The translations under genes and the position numbers were made by a program. A DNA stretch of 63,221 nt, the filler included, from Reticulomyxa filosa (lineage: Eukaryota; Protista; Foraminifera), in assembly GCA_000512085.1 (NCBI GenBank). It is 18 parts of 18 records of this genome, joined end to end, with 100 filler letters (N's around TTAATTAATTAA, not from the genome) between each part and the next. Parts side by side here need not be neighbours in the genome. Positions count along the whole stretch, not along the records: positions 47,529 to 54,685 come from ASPP01008676.1; positions 54,786 to 57,481 come from ASPP01018168.1; positions 57,582 to 63,221 come from ASPP01005647.1; 15 more parts are not named here. One strand, 5' to 3'. The notes below the pieces were generated by a model. The model ran no database searches, was not told where the DNA came from, and was given only the letters and a program-made list of their open reading frames with translations. Of the stretch, positions 48,501-61,782 are shown piece after piece (position 1 is the first letter of the stretch; every line of letters begins with the position of its first letter).

Positions 48501-49418
48501 ATGTCAGCTACAAATAGTGGGTTTGAAAAATTGGCAAACCTACCAACAACATTGAGTAGTACACAGTGTGTGCTGTTCGAAAAGGAGCTACTAATTTGTG
48601 GTGGCTTTCTGACGCAAGAATGTTACTCGTACCACCTAAAAAAAGATCGATATAAAAAGATTTGCGATTACCCTGAGACCATTGAGATTAATGGACATGC
48701 AGTTGTGCAAGTAAAAAAGAGCAAGATGGAGACAACTTTGTTGTCGTTTGGAGGGAGTCACAACCATACGTTGGTGATGAAGTACCAAAGTGTGTGGAAC
48801 AAAAGCAAGAAAGTAGAGAATCAATGGATTGCTTTGACTATTGATATTGGCATCCCGGAAGACGATATGCAGCATGTACGTGCGTCAGTTGATCGCAAGC
48901 GTAGTCTATTGTTTATAGTGCACCCTCCAAATCACATGAAAGTGCTGTCAACGAATTCGTTGCAATTGAAAGCCAAAACAATGCTCCCCATTGACAACAT
49001 TGTCGGAGGCAGCTGCTTTGTGTCGCTCTCTGCACATGCAATGTTTTTTTTTAATCGCAACAGTGGCTTGCGGATTACGTACCATCAGACCCACTCCTCT
49101 TTCGAATACAAAAAGCTGCCCATTTGCGACGACTTGCACTATGCACTGGATTATTCCTTTGTCTTTTCCAAGGGTTACGTTGTGCTCTTTGGAGGCTATC
49201 GTCGTGGAGATACCTATTCTAACAGCATCTTTCTTTATTCCGTTCATACCAATGAATGGAAACGGAGCCCTTTTATCTTGCCCACCCCGGTTCACAACAC
49301 TTTCGCCATTATCAATGACAATAAAACTCATATTCATGTCATGGGTGGTTATGACGGAACCAACTTCACTGAACAGCATCTGAGGATTGACGTTGCGTCT
49401 GTTATTGGCATAGTTTAG
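48501..49418 (+). CDS. Kelch-like beta-propeller protein, intronless
   Basis: Repeated LLICGG, LLSFGG, VVLFGGY, IHVMGGY with downstream Y/W (e.g. YSVHTNEWK). Confidence 0.8.
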   Translation: MSATNSGFEKLANLPTTLSSTQCVLFEKELLICGGFLTQECYSYHLKKDRYKKICDYPETIEINGHAVVQVKKSKMETTLLSFGGSHNHTLVMKYQSVWNKSKKVENQWIALTIDIGIPEDDMQHVRASVDRKRSLLFIVHPPNHMKVLSTNSLQLKAKTMLPIDNIVGGSCFVSLSAHAMFFFNRNSGLRITYHQTHSSFEYKKLPICDDLHYALDYSFVFSKGYVVLFGGYRRGDTYSNSIFLYSVHTNEWKRSPFILPTPVHNTFAIINDNKTHIHVMGGYDGTNFTEQHLRIDVASVIGIV

Positions 49419-50939
49419 ATTCACTCTTTTTTTTTTTTTTTTTTATACTACTCTTTTTTCCTTCTACTTATCCCTTTTTTTTTAAAAAAAAAAAAAAAAT
49501 GTTTGGAACTCCAAATTTAAGGTGGTCGATGAGCAATCTTTTTTTTTTTTTTTTTGGGGGCAGTAAGTATGTGTATGTGTGGTGTTGTTGTACGTTGGGA
49601 ATTAAGGTAATTAGCGAAGTAAAAATCATTTCACGACATTGGCTGAGGTGTTCTCAAATAACCAAACTAGGCTGGATTGAAGAATTTGATAAGCTGGTTA
49701 CAGACTTCTTGTCCTGAACTTGCCTTTTTTGTTAACTCTTGTAATTACTTGTTCAATGTTATTTGTGTTTATTTTTAATTTTTGTTTTTTTTTTTTTTTT
49801 AGATTACATTTTTTGGTTTTCTCAAAATTAAAAGCACATAAAGCTTTTTCACATGGCCACTTTTTTTTTTTTTTGTGGTCTTATTCAACAAAAACAATAA
49901 GATCATTTCCTTTGATTCTACATCATCACTTTTGTAACCTTTTTCAACCTTTGCTCAATTGATTTTAGTTGGTAAAAAAATTTTGTGATACGTGATCAAT
50001 ACTATTCAAAAATGTTGAGTCTTGCATAAAGCAACGACGGAAACGACGAACAAAAAGAGGACCAAGTAAGCGTGGCATAATAAAGATGGCGATGCTATTT
50101 GGGCTGTTTGGAAGATTAGCACAGACATTGGGAAAAGCACGGCCGAAATGGCATGTCATTATCTAACACAATATAACGCCAATTCGAGTGCACTCGATTC
50201 TTAGGCCGACAATCGCACGTCCGCCAAAAAACATACTTAAAAAAAACAAAGATGATGGAAGTACAATTACTGTGAACAAGTTTTTTTTCACTTTTATATA
50301 TACATCACACATGTAGTCGATAATACCGCGCAATACAGGTACGGGGTTCAATAAGACTATCTATTGTCTTTGTTGCATAGCTGAGCTGTTGACTACAGCG
50401 CACAGCGTTTTCATTTGTTCAAAAATTTTATATTAATATCCAAAAAATATTAAATGAATGAAATTTTCTATCCAAAAATGTCACTGAAGGGTGATCTATG
50501 AAAGATTTGGAAAATACCAAAAAAACTACACGTAAGATCCAAGGAGGTTTTGACAAAGTATTACATGCGTATGAGAAAAAGTTTTTCTATTTATAAACTG
50601 GCTGAGATAAGTGCAGACAGTTGATTGCATTGTTCGGTACATTCTGTAAAATGCTTGACGAACATTAGTATACGTATTTGTACAGCAGTTAGTGAGCCAA
50701 AGTATTTAAAGGCCTGTTATTCTTGTATAAAAAAATTAAAAATACAAAACATCTTTTTTTTTTTGTTATTTTTTATTTTTATTTTCTTTTGATGCGGGCA
50801 CTAGCAAACTTGTCTACGCGATACGATGATGGTCCCATTCAAATACAAATTGACTTAATGTTCAAGAGTCTCTTGACATTAGGAGTATCTTTAGTTCAAT
50901 CTTTTGATTATCTTCTTTGCAGGCATTGCATATGTACCA

Positions 50940-51660
50940 ACTAAAATGATGTAAAATTGAAATTTTATTGTTTACAAATCTGCATTGGTTGATCGTTCTT
51001 CTGGACTCGCCCTCAATTTGATTGCTGACTGGCTGTGTCAATCTTTGAACGCCAACCGAACTCGTGTGGTTAAGCAAGCAGTGTTAAAATTGACTAGCAA
51101 GTTCAAACAATCCGTCAGACAATGATACAAAATCAAGTCCACACGTCCGATATCGCTATCAAAAGAAGATGCAATAAACACAATGTTTACAATGCATTGC
51201 AAATATGGCTGGGACGATGACAATTATTCAATATTTTTCAATTGAACATAATGGAATACACACAACTGATTCATTCGAATCAATGGTGGGCTGTGTAATA
51301 TGACAACATAACTCACATAATCGTATATCTATCGGAGCAATGGAAGTGGTTACTGTTATCATTAGTGTGTAAGGAAAGGCAGTTGATTTGTCATTGTTTG
51401 GCTCTTTTACTGCAGATGTATTGTACGTTTGAAACAACAGACAAAAGACAGCAATCCAAAAAGATTCTTTCCAAAACATTGATTAAAGTGAAAAGTTTAA
51501 AGAATTAAAAACAACTTGTCCAAAGCATCAGCATATACACTATCACTATCATATACACATATATATATACAGATATAAACATGTAACATATAATCGATTG
51601 TGCAAGCATTGAATCAATGCAAGATTTGAATGGTATAGTATGCACATTGAATGCATTATC
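50940..51660 (-). pseudogene. Possible degraded membrane (7TM-like) protein
   Basis: Hydrophobic fragments split across frames (FWIAVFCLLF; CIVNIVFIASS; LTDCLNLLVNFNTACL). Confidence 0.25.
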
Positions 51661-53797
51661 TTCGACAATAAATAGCAGTGTGTACTGTTCGCAGACATTT
51701 GAGTGCCTACAACAGTATCGATGCTAAAATTGCATTCTTTCTAAATCCATATTGCTACAAAGCAAGCAAATATTGAACGCGATTAACTAACTTATTATAA
51801 ATCGTGTGGTAACGTCATCAAATAAATGAATCGAAATCAGGCTAAGCTAATGTTGGTAGCGTTTCAACAAACTGGCCAATTTGTGTCTTGAAAACAAGTT
51901 GTACAATTACTTTACCGATCAAATCGAAGATGAAAAAGACAATTCTATCGACAGAACGTAGCGCAAATGTGTGATGTTATCCAGCTAGGTTTCTTTTGGT
52001 ACATATCATAATTACATTTCAAATAGAGGATCTCTTCGTGGTAAATTTACAAATTAATCAATTATACAATACATATAACTTTAAGACAATGATGAGAACA
52101 AAATTTACCCTGAGTTGTAATGATGTAGATGTGATTATACCTTTAGGTAAAAAAAAACATATAAAATGACAATAAAATAAAGAAAAAATGAAGAATATAA
52201 TATATCTTTGAAGGTCAGTTGAATATATGTCTGTTGTGTATGTTTTTTGATTAGGACATATTACAACAACTAAAAATAAACCTCTTTAATTTTGAAGTGA
52301 CTTACATTAAGTTTGGTGGTCAAAGAAGGTAATAAAAAAAAAGAAATGAAAGAGTATATGAAAAAGTTTGGGTCAATGGTAGTAGAAGCATATTGACTAT
52401 TTCCAGCAATATGACAAGCAGGAATGGATAGTATGAACAAGAAATGATAATGACAAAGCATCGATATTGTGAGAAGCAAGACAATGCAGGTGAAAAGGAT
52501 CGACACATAAATAATTATGGATGATATATGTGGAATCGAAACACAAATGACTGTGAATGTATTATTTGCAACAACACAACTTTATTTTCACATGATTATG
52601 TGAAAATATCTGCATATTTGTGTTCGTTAAAAAATGATTGAACTATTTCATTCTACGTTTCATTGGTTCAAATGCATTTAAAGTGAAGATATTGCTTTGC
52701 AACTGCTTTGTTTCTTTTTAATTTATACAAACAATTTTTTAAATAATGTTTGTTTGTTTGTGTGCTATCAAAATGATTAATATCAAAACTTACTCAAAGT
52801 TATTGAAGTTAATAAATATTTATTATTGTTTTTTAGGCAGTAAGAGTCTTATAGGCAATACACTTGCGATAAAATTTGGGTCCATGCTTCGTTGGATAGC
52901 ATAGCCATGTGTGGGAGTATGCTGCCGATGAAATATTACACTAAATGTAATACGAAAGGTTAATTAGCTCTTTTGAGTAAGTATCAATGAAAAAAGATTA
53001 AATAAAGAAAAGGAAAACAAACGTGTGGAAATGAGTACACCGAAACACCAGATTAAAACTAGAAAAGAAAACACTGGTGATTGAAAAGTGTTAGGAAAAG
53101 TTTAACCCACCAGGAGCTCATCAGCCCCTTTAAAGATTCTCTCTATATAGTAGGAGCTTCTCCTACACATGCAATGACAAATGATCTTTGTGATAGCAAT
53201 GGTATCAATCCCTCCAATGGTTAGGATACTTAATACATCAAATCTGTGTCAATTACGTGGCGCAGCAACTATATACCATCATATGAGATAGTTCCACCAT
53301 CACAGACACAATGTCGCGGCTAACTCAAGCAGTTGTTGAAGTTCGATATGCAGCAATTATCGCAAGACTAGCTGCCATGAATGTATTTATTTATTTTTGA
53401 TGATCTTAAAAAATTTTCAAATTAGTTATATTTTTAGAAAAATTGTTTTGCTTTTTGGATAATTTTGCAACTTGCTGCATTGTAGCGAATTTGTCTCTTT
53501 TAAAACAAAAAAGTAAGCTTCAAAAAATAAAAATCACTTTTTTTTCTCGCTCTTTTCTTTCTTTTCAGCTCCTCCTACACTTTCATTTGATGATCAATAA
53601 AAATAACAAAAGTAACACTTTGTCCAAGCGGAAAGGAGAAAAAGAGGGGCAAAAAAAAGAGTGTTGCACGAAGCCTAAAGCAGTTTTGGTTTTGTCGTTA
53701 AACCACCACAAAAAAAAAAACATCACAAAAACCAAAAAGACGGGTTGTTCAACGAATTGTAATATCACAAAAGATAACAACAACAAAAGCCTTCAGA

Positions 53798-54685
53798 TCA
53801 AGCGATGGTGCTATCGGAAGGGACACCCCTTCCTACCAAAACTTTGTCATCTTGGTCAGATGAATCAAGCATTTTCTCGCAATCCCACAGAACGGGGATG
53901 GTATTTTTCTGTCCGATTCGAGCGCAACACAACCCAAAAAACGTTTTGGCTCGAATGATTTGTTCCAGTTCCGTACTTGTTCTTTTCAGTTTGGATCGCT
54001 CTGTCTTTCTTCTGAAGAAAGCCCCCGCCAGGAATATCACTTGCAACAACACAAACGTGCAAAGAAACGTGACGAACATGCCGGTGTCATAAGACGCGAA
54101 ATTTTGGTTTGCACCGGCAAGGCCAGTCCATATAATCGCACAAAATAAGTATACAAAGCACAGGTACATGTACACATCCTACATGTTTATTCCCCCCCCC
54201 CCCCCGAACCATATAAACCCTTTTTCTGGTTCATTTCAATTCCAACAAAAAAAAAAAAGAAGAAAAATTGTCTACCAAAAGGGTAAGATAAGAGATGTTA
54301 GGGAGCTGATCGAACATCAATTGCAATGCAGCGACGTCGGCTAGCAACAAGGTCACACTATAAGCTAAACGATTCCCTAAATCTAAATTTTTTGTAAAAA
54401 AAAAAAAAAAAACGAACAAATGTACCAACGCATCATTTTGTAATATTATACATATTAATGTATATACGTTAAAAACATACCTGTATCCACCTTCAGAGCA
54501 AATACACAAAGGCTAAGAGAGAAAAAACAAAATGTGATGATGAATGGCAGGATATGACTTCGCCAAACTGTTTTACACACATGTATATGTACAGATATAG
54601 TTATGTGCGAATGCATGGTGGAAAAAAAAAAAAAGTTAACTTCGTGAGGCTTTGATTCGAATGGAGAACTCGGCATAAGTGGTGA
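53798..54685 (-). CDS. Pentameric ligand-gated ion channel, M1-M4 region, 5'-partial
   Basis: M1 WRSHILPFIITFCFFSLSLCVFAL, M2 and loop DLGNRLAYSVTLLLADVAALQLMFDQLPNISYLTLL, M3 YMYLCFVYLFCAII, short loop, M4 DTGMFVTFLCTFVLLQVIF. Split by introns. Confidence 0.8.
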
Positions 54686-55579
54686 NNNNNNNNNNNNNNN
54701 NNNNNNNNNNNNNNNNNNNNNNNNNNNNNTTAATTAATTAANNNNNNNNNNNNNNNNNNNNNNNNNNNNNNNNNNNNNNNNNNNNTTTTTTTTTTTTTTT
54801 TTTTGTTTGTGTAATATTTTTATGTTAATGCTATCTACTTCTTTTCTTCTTCTACTCTCACAACCATCTTATCCCCTCTCTCCTCCCCAAACCCCCTTCT
54901 CTCCTTCTACACTTTGTTCCAATATTAACAATTTTGTAAACACATGTTGCTCAATGTTGTCACACCAAACTCATGAAATGAAAACACATGCTATGTAACA
55001 ACTCCAATTGAGGTGTCACCGGCTTTAGCTTGGCTGCCAAATGGGTCACTGCCATTTGGGTACAGTTACGTATATTTTTTATCATAAAGTCTTGTTGATA
55101 TTTCAACTGTAGGTTACCGCGTCCCGATCCCGATCGATAAACACCACGCATACACACAATATTGTTAACCTTTTTCTTACATAATATATTGATAACTTGT
55201 TGCATTGCCTTACCTGTTGCTCTGCAGTCATGGGCAGTTTGGCCTTTAATTGTTTTTTGCTTGATTTTCTGCCATTTTTTCAAATATACGAAATTATGGG
55301 ATATTAAAACAAAAAATTTAAATTTGGAGCTGTTTCCTTTTCTCTACACAGTCACCGCTTGGAAACGTGAGACATACATTTTTTGCTAATAAAACGTAAA
55401 ACAGGAAATTTTATTCATGCACCAATAACAAAATTATCCGTTCTTATTTTGTTTCAACAGTGAACACGAACGGACGAAAAGCATATTATTAAATTTGTTT
55501 CACAAAAATATTGAAAAGACATGAAAGTAAAAAGCTAGTGAAAGTGCATCTAAAAGGTTTTTTCTAAATGTTTTAGTCT

Positions 55580-56755
55580 TGTTTATATTCGTATTTTTCG
55601 AAAAAAGTCATCATGTACGGAAAAATAATTTGGATAACGAATACAATAGTTCAAACAAATCAAAAATGTTATTGATTCTCATTGTACAAACTGAGAATAA
55701 CATAAATATGTGTTGAAATTTAATGCATTTCTCGCAAATTTTGATATTTCTGTGTATGAGATGCAAGAAAGATTGTCTTTTAGAGATTTTATTAGAGAAA
55801 AGTGAAAGTGAATTTAAATAAAAGAAAAGAATAAAAAATGTTTCTCATTAAATAGTTGAATTATTAAAACTCTGGAGTCAGTTATGGCTAATATATCACT
55901 ACACTTGTCTCATTTATTATGCTTCAACTCATTACAAAATTATTTTTTTCTTTTTTCAAAATAAAAAGTATAATGTACATGATATTATAATGATATTTAT
56001 GTTCATTTCGTTTATGTTTGCATCAATCGAAAAAAATATGAAAAAAAATAAACATGTAAAATAAAATCATATTGACTCTGGCAACTGTTTTTTCTAAATC
56101 TCAAAAAATAATTTAATTTTGAAATATACATATACATTTATGGTGTACCGAAAAATTGCACATTAGTCACACTTTTTTTAAAAAAAATCATTATCATATT
56201 AATTTAAAAAGTTATACGTTTTCATATTTGAAAAAAAATTTAGTTTTTTTTTTGTTCTGTAGAATTATAGCGACAATTTCGATCAAATATATCATATTCA
56301 AGTCCAATTTTCTTTTATAATATAATCGAAATTGACACTCTAACTTACGAAGATTGTCTTATTCATATTCGTATTTTTCAAAAAAAGTGATAATACTTTT
56401 GATATGCCATAAAAAAATTTGAATGGCGAATATAAATATGTTAAGTTATCAAACTTATAATACGAAATTGTTATCTATATTTTTGTCCAACAAACAACCA
56501 GAATGATTTGAATATTATTATTCTACAAAACAAACAAAAAAATTTTCAAAAAAAAGTGTCATGGAAATATGTTATAAAGTATATTTATCCATACAATTAT
56601 ATTAAAAAAATTTTTTAAATACATAAAATTAAATTCTCTTGACTTCTGCAATAGTTTTTTCTACATCACCCACATAAATTCAATTTTGAAATATACATAT
56701 GTATGTTGGTTCCGAAAATTGCACATTCAACACACTTTTTAAAAATGATTTTCGT
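55580..56755 (+). repeat. Degenerate local duplications in non-coding DNA
   Basis: atattcgtatttttcgaaaaaagt (~55586) versus atattcgtatttttcaaaaaaagt (~56365); ttttgaaatatacatat..ccgaaaa.ttgcacatt..cacacttttt (~56117 versus ~56684). Confidence 0.6.
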
Positions 56756-57599
56756 ACTTTCACATTTATGGTTGAAGAAATACTTGATAAAAGTTTAAAC
56801 CCAAATAATAGTAAAATTTTTGCATTATTAATTTTCATTGATGAAATCAGATTATCTTTTCAAGTGCGACTTTACTGTTAACTTTTTTCTAATTTGATTG
56901 TGTTATGTTAAGAAAATCGTTCCTTTCTCAAAAATTTCAAATTCTTAAAAGCCTCTAAATCTATTTTCCTTTTGTTGAATTTGACATTAAAAATATTATT
57001 TTTAACTATCTCAGTTGTAGTGAATTTCTACTTGTTACAAGACATGTTTTAGGAAACATTGAAATATTTTTTCATAAAGCTGAAGCAAGGCATTACAGCA
57101 AAAATTTTCTGTGAACATAAAGATTTGTTTTTCAGTATGGCTAAGCACACATTAAATTTGTGGGACGACGAGGAAGGTGCAATTTTCGAAAAGTAGTTTT
57201 TTCCCCTCGTAATATTTTGCAATTATGTCCGAATCTTCTCACGAGAATTATATAGCCCGCTCTGTGTTTGGTTATGTTTTTTTTCTTCTTGTCTTTCCTT
57301 TGGTCATTATTTTAAAAAAAAGCGAATGTTTCTGACATGTGATAACGAAACAACAAAAAAAAAAAAGTGGGGAACCTGCCCCAAGATGCGGACAGTACAC
57401 AGTTGAAGCAAATATTTTCACAAGTGGGCGAAGTCGTAATGTTTCGGTATGCGAAAAACATGTTTAAAAAAAAAAAAAAAANNNNNNNNNNNNNNNNNNN
57501 NNNNNNNNNNNNNNNNNNNNNNNNNTTAATTAATTAANNNNNNNNNNNNNNNNNNNNNNNNNNNNNNNNNNNNNNNNNNNNAAAAAAAAAAAAAAAAAA

Positions 57600-60068
57600 T
57601 CAAAATAGCTATTGTCGAATCATTTGTGCTACATAAGTCCACTGTTTCGATACTTTTATGTTCGCGGGACCATTGAAGACACTCTTTCATGCGTTGGGAC
57701 TTTGGACTCGCTATTTCAAAGCTCGATTTCGACGGTCGAGAAAGTGAAAATGCCAGAGATAATGGACATGTCCACTCGGGCGTTGAAAGATTTCCTGAAA
57801 CCGACGGTGCAATACATGATGAAACCAGAGGCCATAAAACTAGTGGAAGAAAAGTATCTGCTTTATATTGTGTTGGGACAACAAACGCAATTATGCACAA
57901 AGCGGTTGCTGCAATTACAATGTATCAAGCTCCCTCCTGACCGATCGTATCTTGAGATGCTCTTGGACGAAGACATCTCCTTCGATGCGATCCACATGCT
58001 CCATCATTGCGCCTCTCTCCGTCGCTACGATTGGTCATTCGTAATCGCTTTTTTATTTCATTTGACTGAATTTTTCGACGTCAATTACACAGACACCAAG
58101 CTGACCCTGCATTATGCCAAAAGAGCCACATCGTTATTGGACAATCATTTGACGGTCCGCACACGCTGTTGCAACTTTATATCAATATCTCTTTGTCTTT
58201 CATTTCTTTCTGCAATTGAAATGCTAACTCTATTCATTACAGTTGTTTGTTGTTTGTGTATATGTTATACTGTCTTGTGTTCTTTCGGCTCAACAGGAAC
58301 AACACTCAACAGGTGATGCGGATCGCACAAGGGCACATGTGACAACGATGCATAACGAATACTCGCTTCATCAAGAGTCGGAAGTGATCTTGCCAAATCA
58401 TGTAATTAATGAACTTGCAAATATCACCGGCATTAAAAATGAAAATGTCATCAAATTATATGCCAATCAGAACTTTTGTGTGGAATCATTCCTTTTGTCA
58501 TTTTTTAAAGTTTTGTTGTCTTTTCAGAATCTCTGCTTTCAATTCAAATTGTATACGTGTGCACATATTATACACAGAGCAAATTTTTAGCCATTTGCAA
58601 CGCAAAGGCACTAGAACTGGACGAATTTGATGTTGCCTTTGATTATGCAGTCGAGTTTGATGACTGGAAAAGGTGGATATGTACATATGCACTATGTTTA
58701 TCTGAACAAAACTATATGCATGTATATATGTATGTATATGCATTGGATTGAGAATAGCGTCCAAACTCGTGTTACAAAGTACATATCTGAATGCTGTAAG
58801 AAACAAAAGACAGAGGCGATATTAAAATTCGATTGGAATAACACGTTGTCATCAAGTATGAGATCGGTAGAAGACACATGGATGAATGAAATGTTGTCAA
58901 TGAAACAAGACATTTGGGTAACTGATGGCACTGCCTCAGCGTTCGTGGAAGAGGAATTGCTTAAAAATGCTCGAAACAATGTTGTTCTTAGTCCATTGGA
59001 CAGTCATTACTATGATTTGCTGTGGATGTATTACATGGGACAAAATAATAACCAAAAGGCCAGTCAATACATGTTGGAATATGCATTGCATATAGAAATG
59101 CTGATCAAACACAAAAACAAGAAATGCATTGGGTCCCAAAAACTGGCCGTTGCTCGTGCTCTATCTACGCTGCAATCGAGTGATTCGTCTCCAAATAGCT
59201 TTTTGTATTTAAAGACAAATCCTTTGATCGATCATTATGGAGGAACCCAACAGCATCCTTGGCTGAAGTTGTTTGATTCCAAACTGAAGCGAATTATAAC
59301 ATTGGACGGTATCCAAAAATTACATGTATTACTATCGTGCACAAATAATATTCTCTATGGTGGACACTCGGATATCTCAATGAATTTGTCTCATTTATCA
59401 CCAAGTGGAATTGCTTCAAAGTGTATTCAACAAACGCTATTTGAAGATGCCATCACCTTGGCAAAGGCATTTAATTTAGATATGGTGCAGATATTTAATG
59501 AAATATGTCTTGCTTGTTTGTACGGCAAAGATTCTGGATTGTTTACAAAAATGAATACATTATTGTTGCAATACGATAGCAATCAAAACGGATTTCAATG
59601 TATGCTGCATGTTTTTAAAACTTTGCTATTGTTGGATAACCGAACTCCGGTGCTTCCTTGCATTCAAATTGCTATCTCAGTTACGCTTGCTCAAATTTTT
59701 TCAATCTTTGAAAACATTTTTTCCACGAGACGCTATGATTTAACAACTCTGCGTCATGGGGGGTTTGTCAATAGGATTGTTTGTCGGCCGATGAATACTC
59801 GCATTCGCATCAGCCACGAAGTATTGACACATTGCTTATCCCATTAGTCCGATTATTGTGTGAATTTGATCGAGTTGTTGAAGCTGTGCGACTTGTGGTA
59901 AGCGTTTTGAATAACAACGCCAGTTACCACTCCATGTGGAAACTCTTTCAAGAATTGGCAGAATATTGCAAAAAAAGAAATCTCGCCGAAGCTGAAAAGA
60001 TCTTATTTGAAGCTGTTGCAAAAAAAATATTCCCGCCTTTGAGAAAGAGTTCTCTTGAATATCTTTAA
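57600..60068 (+). CDS. NUP160: Nucleoporin Nup160-like, C-terminal part, multi-exon
   Basis: HYYDLLWMYYMGQNNNQKASQYMLEYALHI, IITLDGIQK, LFEDAITLAKAFNLDMVQIF, and LVRLLCEFDRVVEAVRLV occur in the order of conserved Nup160 C-terminal blocks. Confidence 0.65.
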
Positions 60069-60764
60069 ATTATGCTTTCCAAAGCTATTTTGTTTTATTT
60101 AAATTTGTCGTTCAATCGGACTTAGGTGATTGACCGAAAGGTGTTATAACATTTCATTTTCGCAAAAGCAATTCTTCAAAATCTTAAAGAAAGATAATCC
60201 AATCAAATTGATGTTAGTTGCTTGGACTATCCAAAACTCAAAGCAAAATTGTTAATTTTTTTACAATTAAAGACCATATTGTTATTTCAAATCTTTTCAA
60301 CTCTACGACAATTTTTTTTATATCGAACATATCCAATCCTTTCATGTTATTAACATTTAATTACAGGCACAACAATTAATATTTTGTAAAAACTGCTGAC
60401 AATTCAAATTTTAAGAGTTCGTAGAAAAGATAGACTTTACAAAAATGAATTGAGTTTTAGTTTCAAGTAAAGATGCAGCTTGTAGGCCACTAACCCAAAT
60501 TATCAATTGTTTCAAGTTTAATAGATATTTTTAATCGATGAGCGACAGTTGTATTTATCAATTCGACACTAAATCATTAAGATCGATCAATTTGCAATAT
60601 CATTCATTTTCACACCACGATAAATGAAAGAAATAGATAAAAAGCAAAACACGTTCATATGCATACAGTTTTAATAATGTGGAAAGGTGAGTAAAAGAAG
60701 AATGAAAGAGGAATAGCAAAAAGCAAAAAAAGACACGATCTTCCCGTGATGTGACTGAAGACTA

Positions 60765-61360
60765 TCAGCCTCGTTGCTCTACAGAAAGTGTATGCCAAAG
60801 CAAGCAACCTTCATCATCTTCATCTTCTATTCATTCGAATGACAAAACATGTTTTTGTTTGAAGAACCAAAAAAATTAGTGAAATTAATGGAAATTTCAT
60901 TGCCATATACACTCACATTCACACGAATTACAAGAGAAGGGAATTCATATAAAACAATGACAACAAGGCAAAAGAGAAAAAAAAATTATACCTGACACCG
61001 CTGTTGACATTCCTACACCTATCAAATGTGCACCTTGTTTCATTGTTGGTTGTAGACTATTTAGTTTGTTGAGAGTTTTAATCGACTTACTTCCTTTTAT
61101 AAAAGAATATATTGAGAATAAGCAAGAAAATGTGAAGTTTTGCTAATTTTATTGACTTACCAAATAGGCAAACAGCTCACTGCTCCTTGTTCCATGCAGA
61201 GTGTTAGCGGTGCACATTGACTTGCGCATTTTAAAGGCGCAACAGCTGTTGCAACGCGACCATACGTGGTAATCTTGGAATTGAATGAACGCAAAGAACT
61301 ATTTATTGATGTTAGCTGATTGCTAAACCCACGTAAAGTGATGCCAATCCTTGCTTGCAT
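60765..61360 (-). CDS. Small three-exon protein with a mitochondrial-presequence-like N-terminus
   Basis: MQARIGITLRGFSNQLTSINSSLRSF (R/S-rich, no acidic residues). GT-AG splicing gives ...LPIC KSIKTLNKL...STAVS EDEDDEGCLLWHTLSVEQRG*. Confidence 0.4.
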
Positions 61361-61782
61361 TATCCTTTTCTTGGTTAAAATTCGGTTCTTAACGAAACAG
61401 GTAAGTTTCCTAAACACGTTTCTTTATCCTAACCGTAACTGAAATTTAAACTACCTCTTTTAACAAGTTAGCAAGAGAGAAGGCTATTTTTAATGCTTTT
61501 AATTTTCTTTTTCAGTTAAAAAATGCTCTTCTAAGAAGAGTAAATCATGACGAAATGAAAATGTACAATGAATTTCGATCACAAGTCTATGCTACTACTC
61601 CATAGGAAATCAGTTTGTTGGAGCCCAAAAAATTCTTGGAAGGGTGGAAAACATTAGTTGATTTGTTTGTAGCACTAAAAAATTTTTAAATTTTTTCTTT
61701 TTAAGTGAGCATTGATCACAGTCTTAGTATTGCAATTTGAATAAATATTTTGTATTTGTTCAAAAATCTTATTTTTGTGTTT

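Noticed and set aside
54960-55283. Possible degenerate zinc knuckles of a retroelement ORF1 (GQTAHDCR; CMRGVYRSGS)
   Set aside because: Cys/His ligands are incomplete, and no reverse transcriptase or endonuclease is nearby.
1948-57581. Regularly recurring TTAATTAATTAA motif as a CRISPR-like or biological repeat
   Set aside because: Always embedded in 44+44 Ns; it is an artificial six-frame-stop linker.
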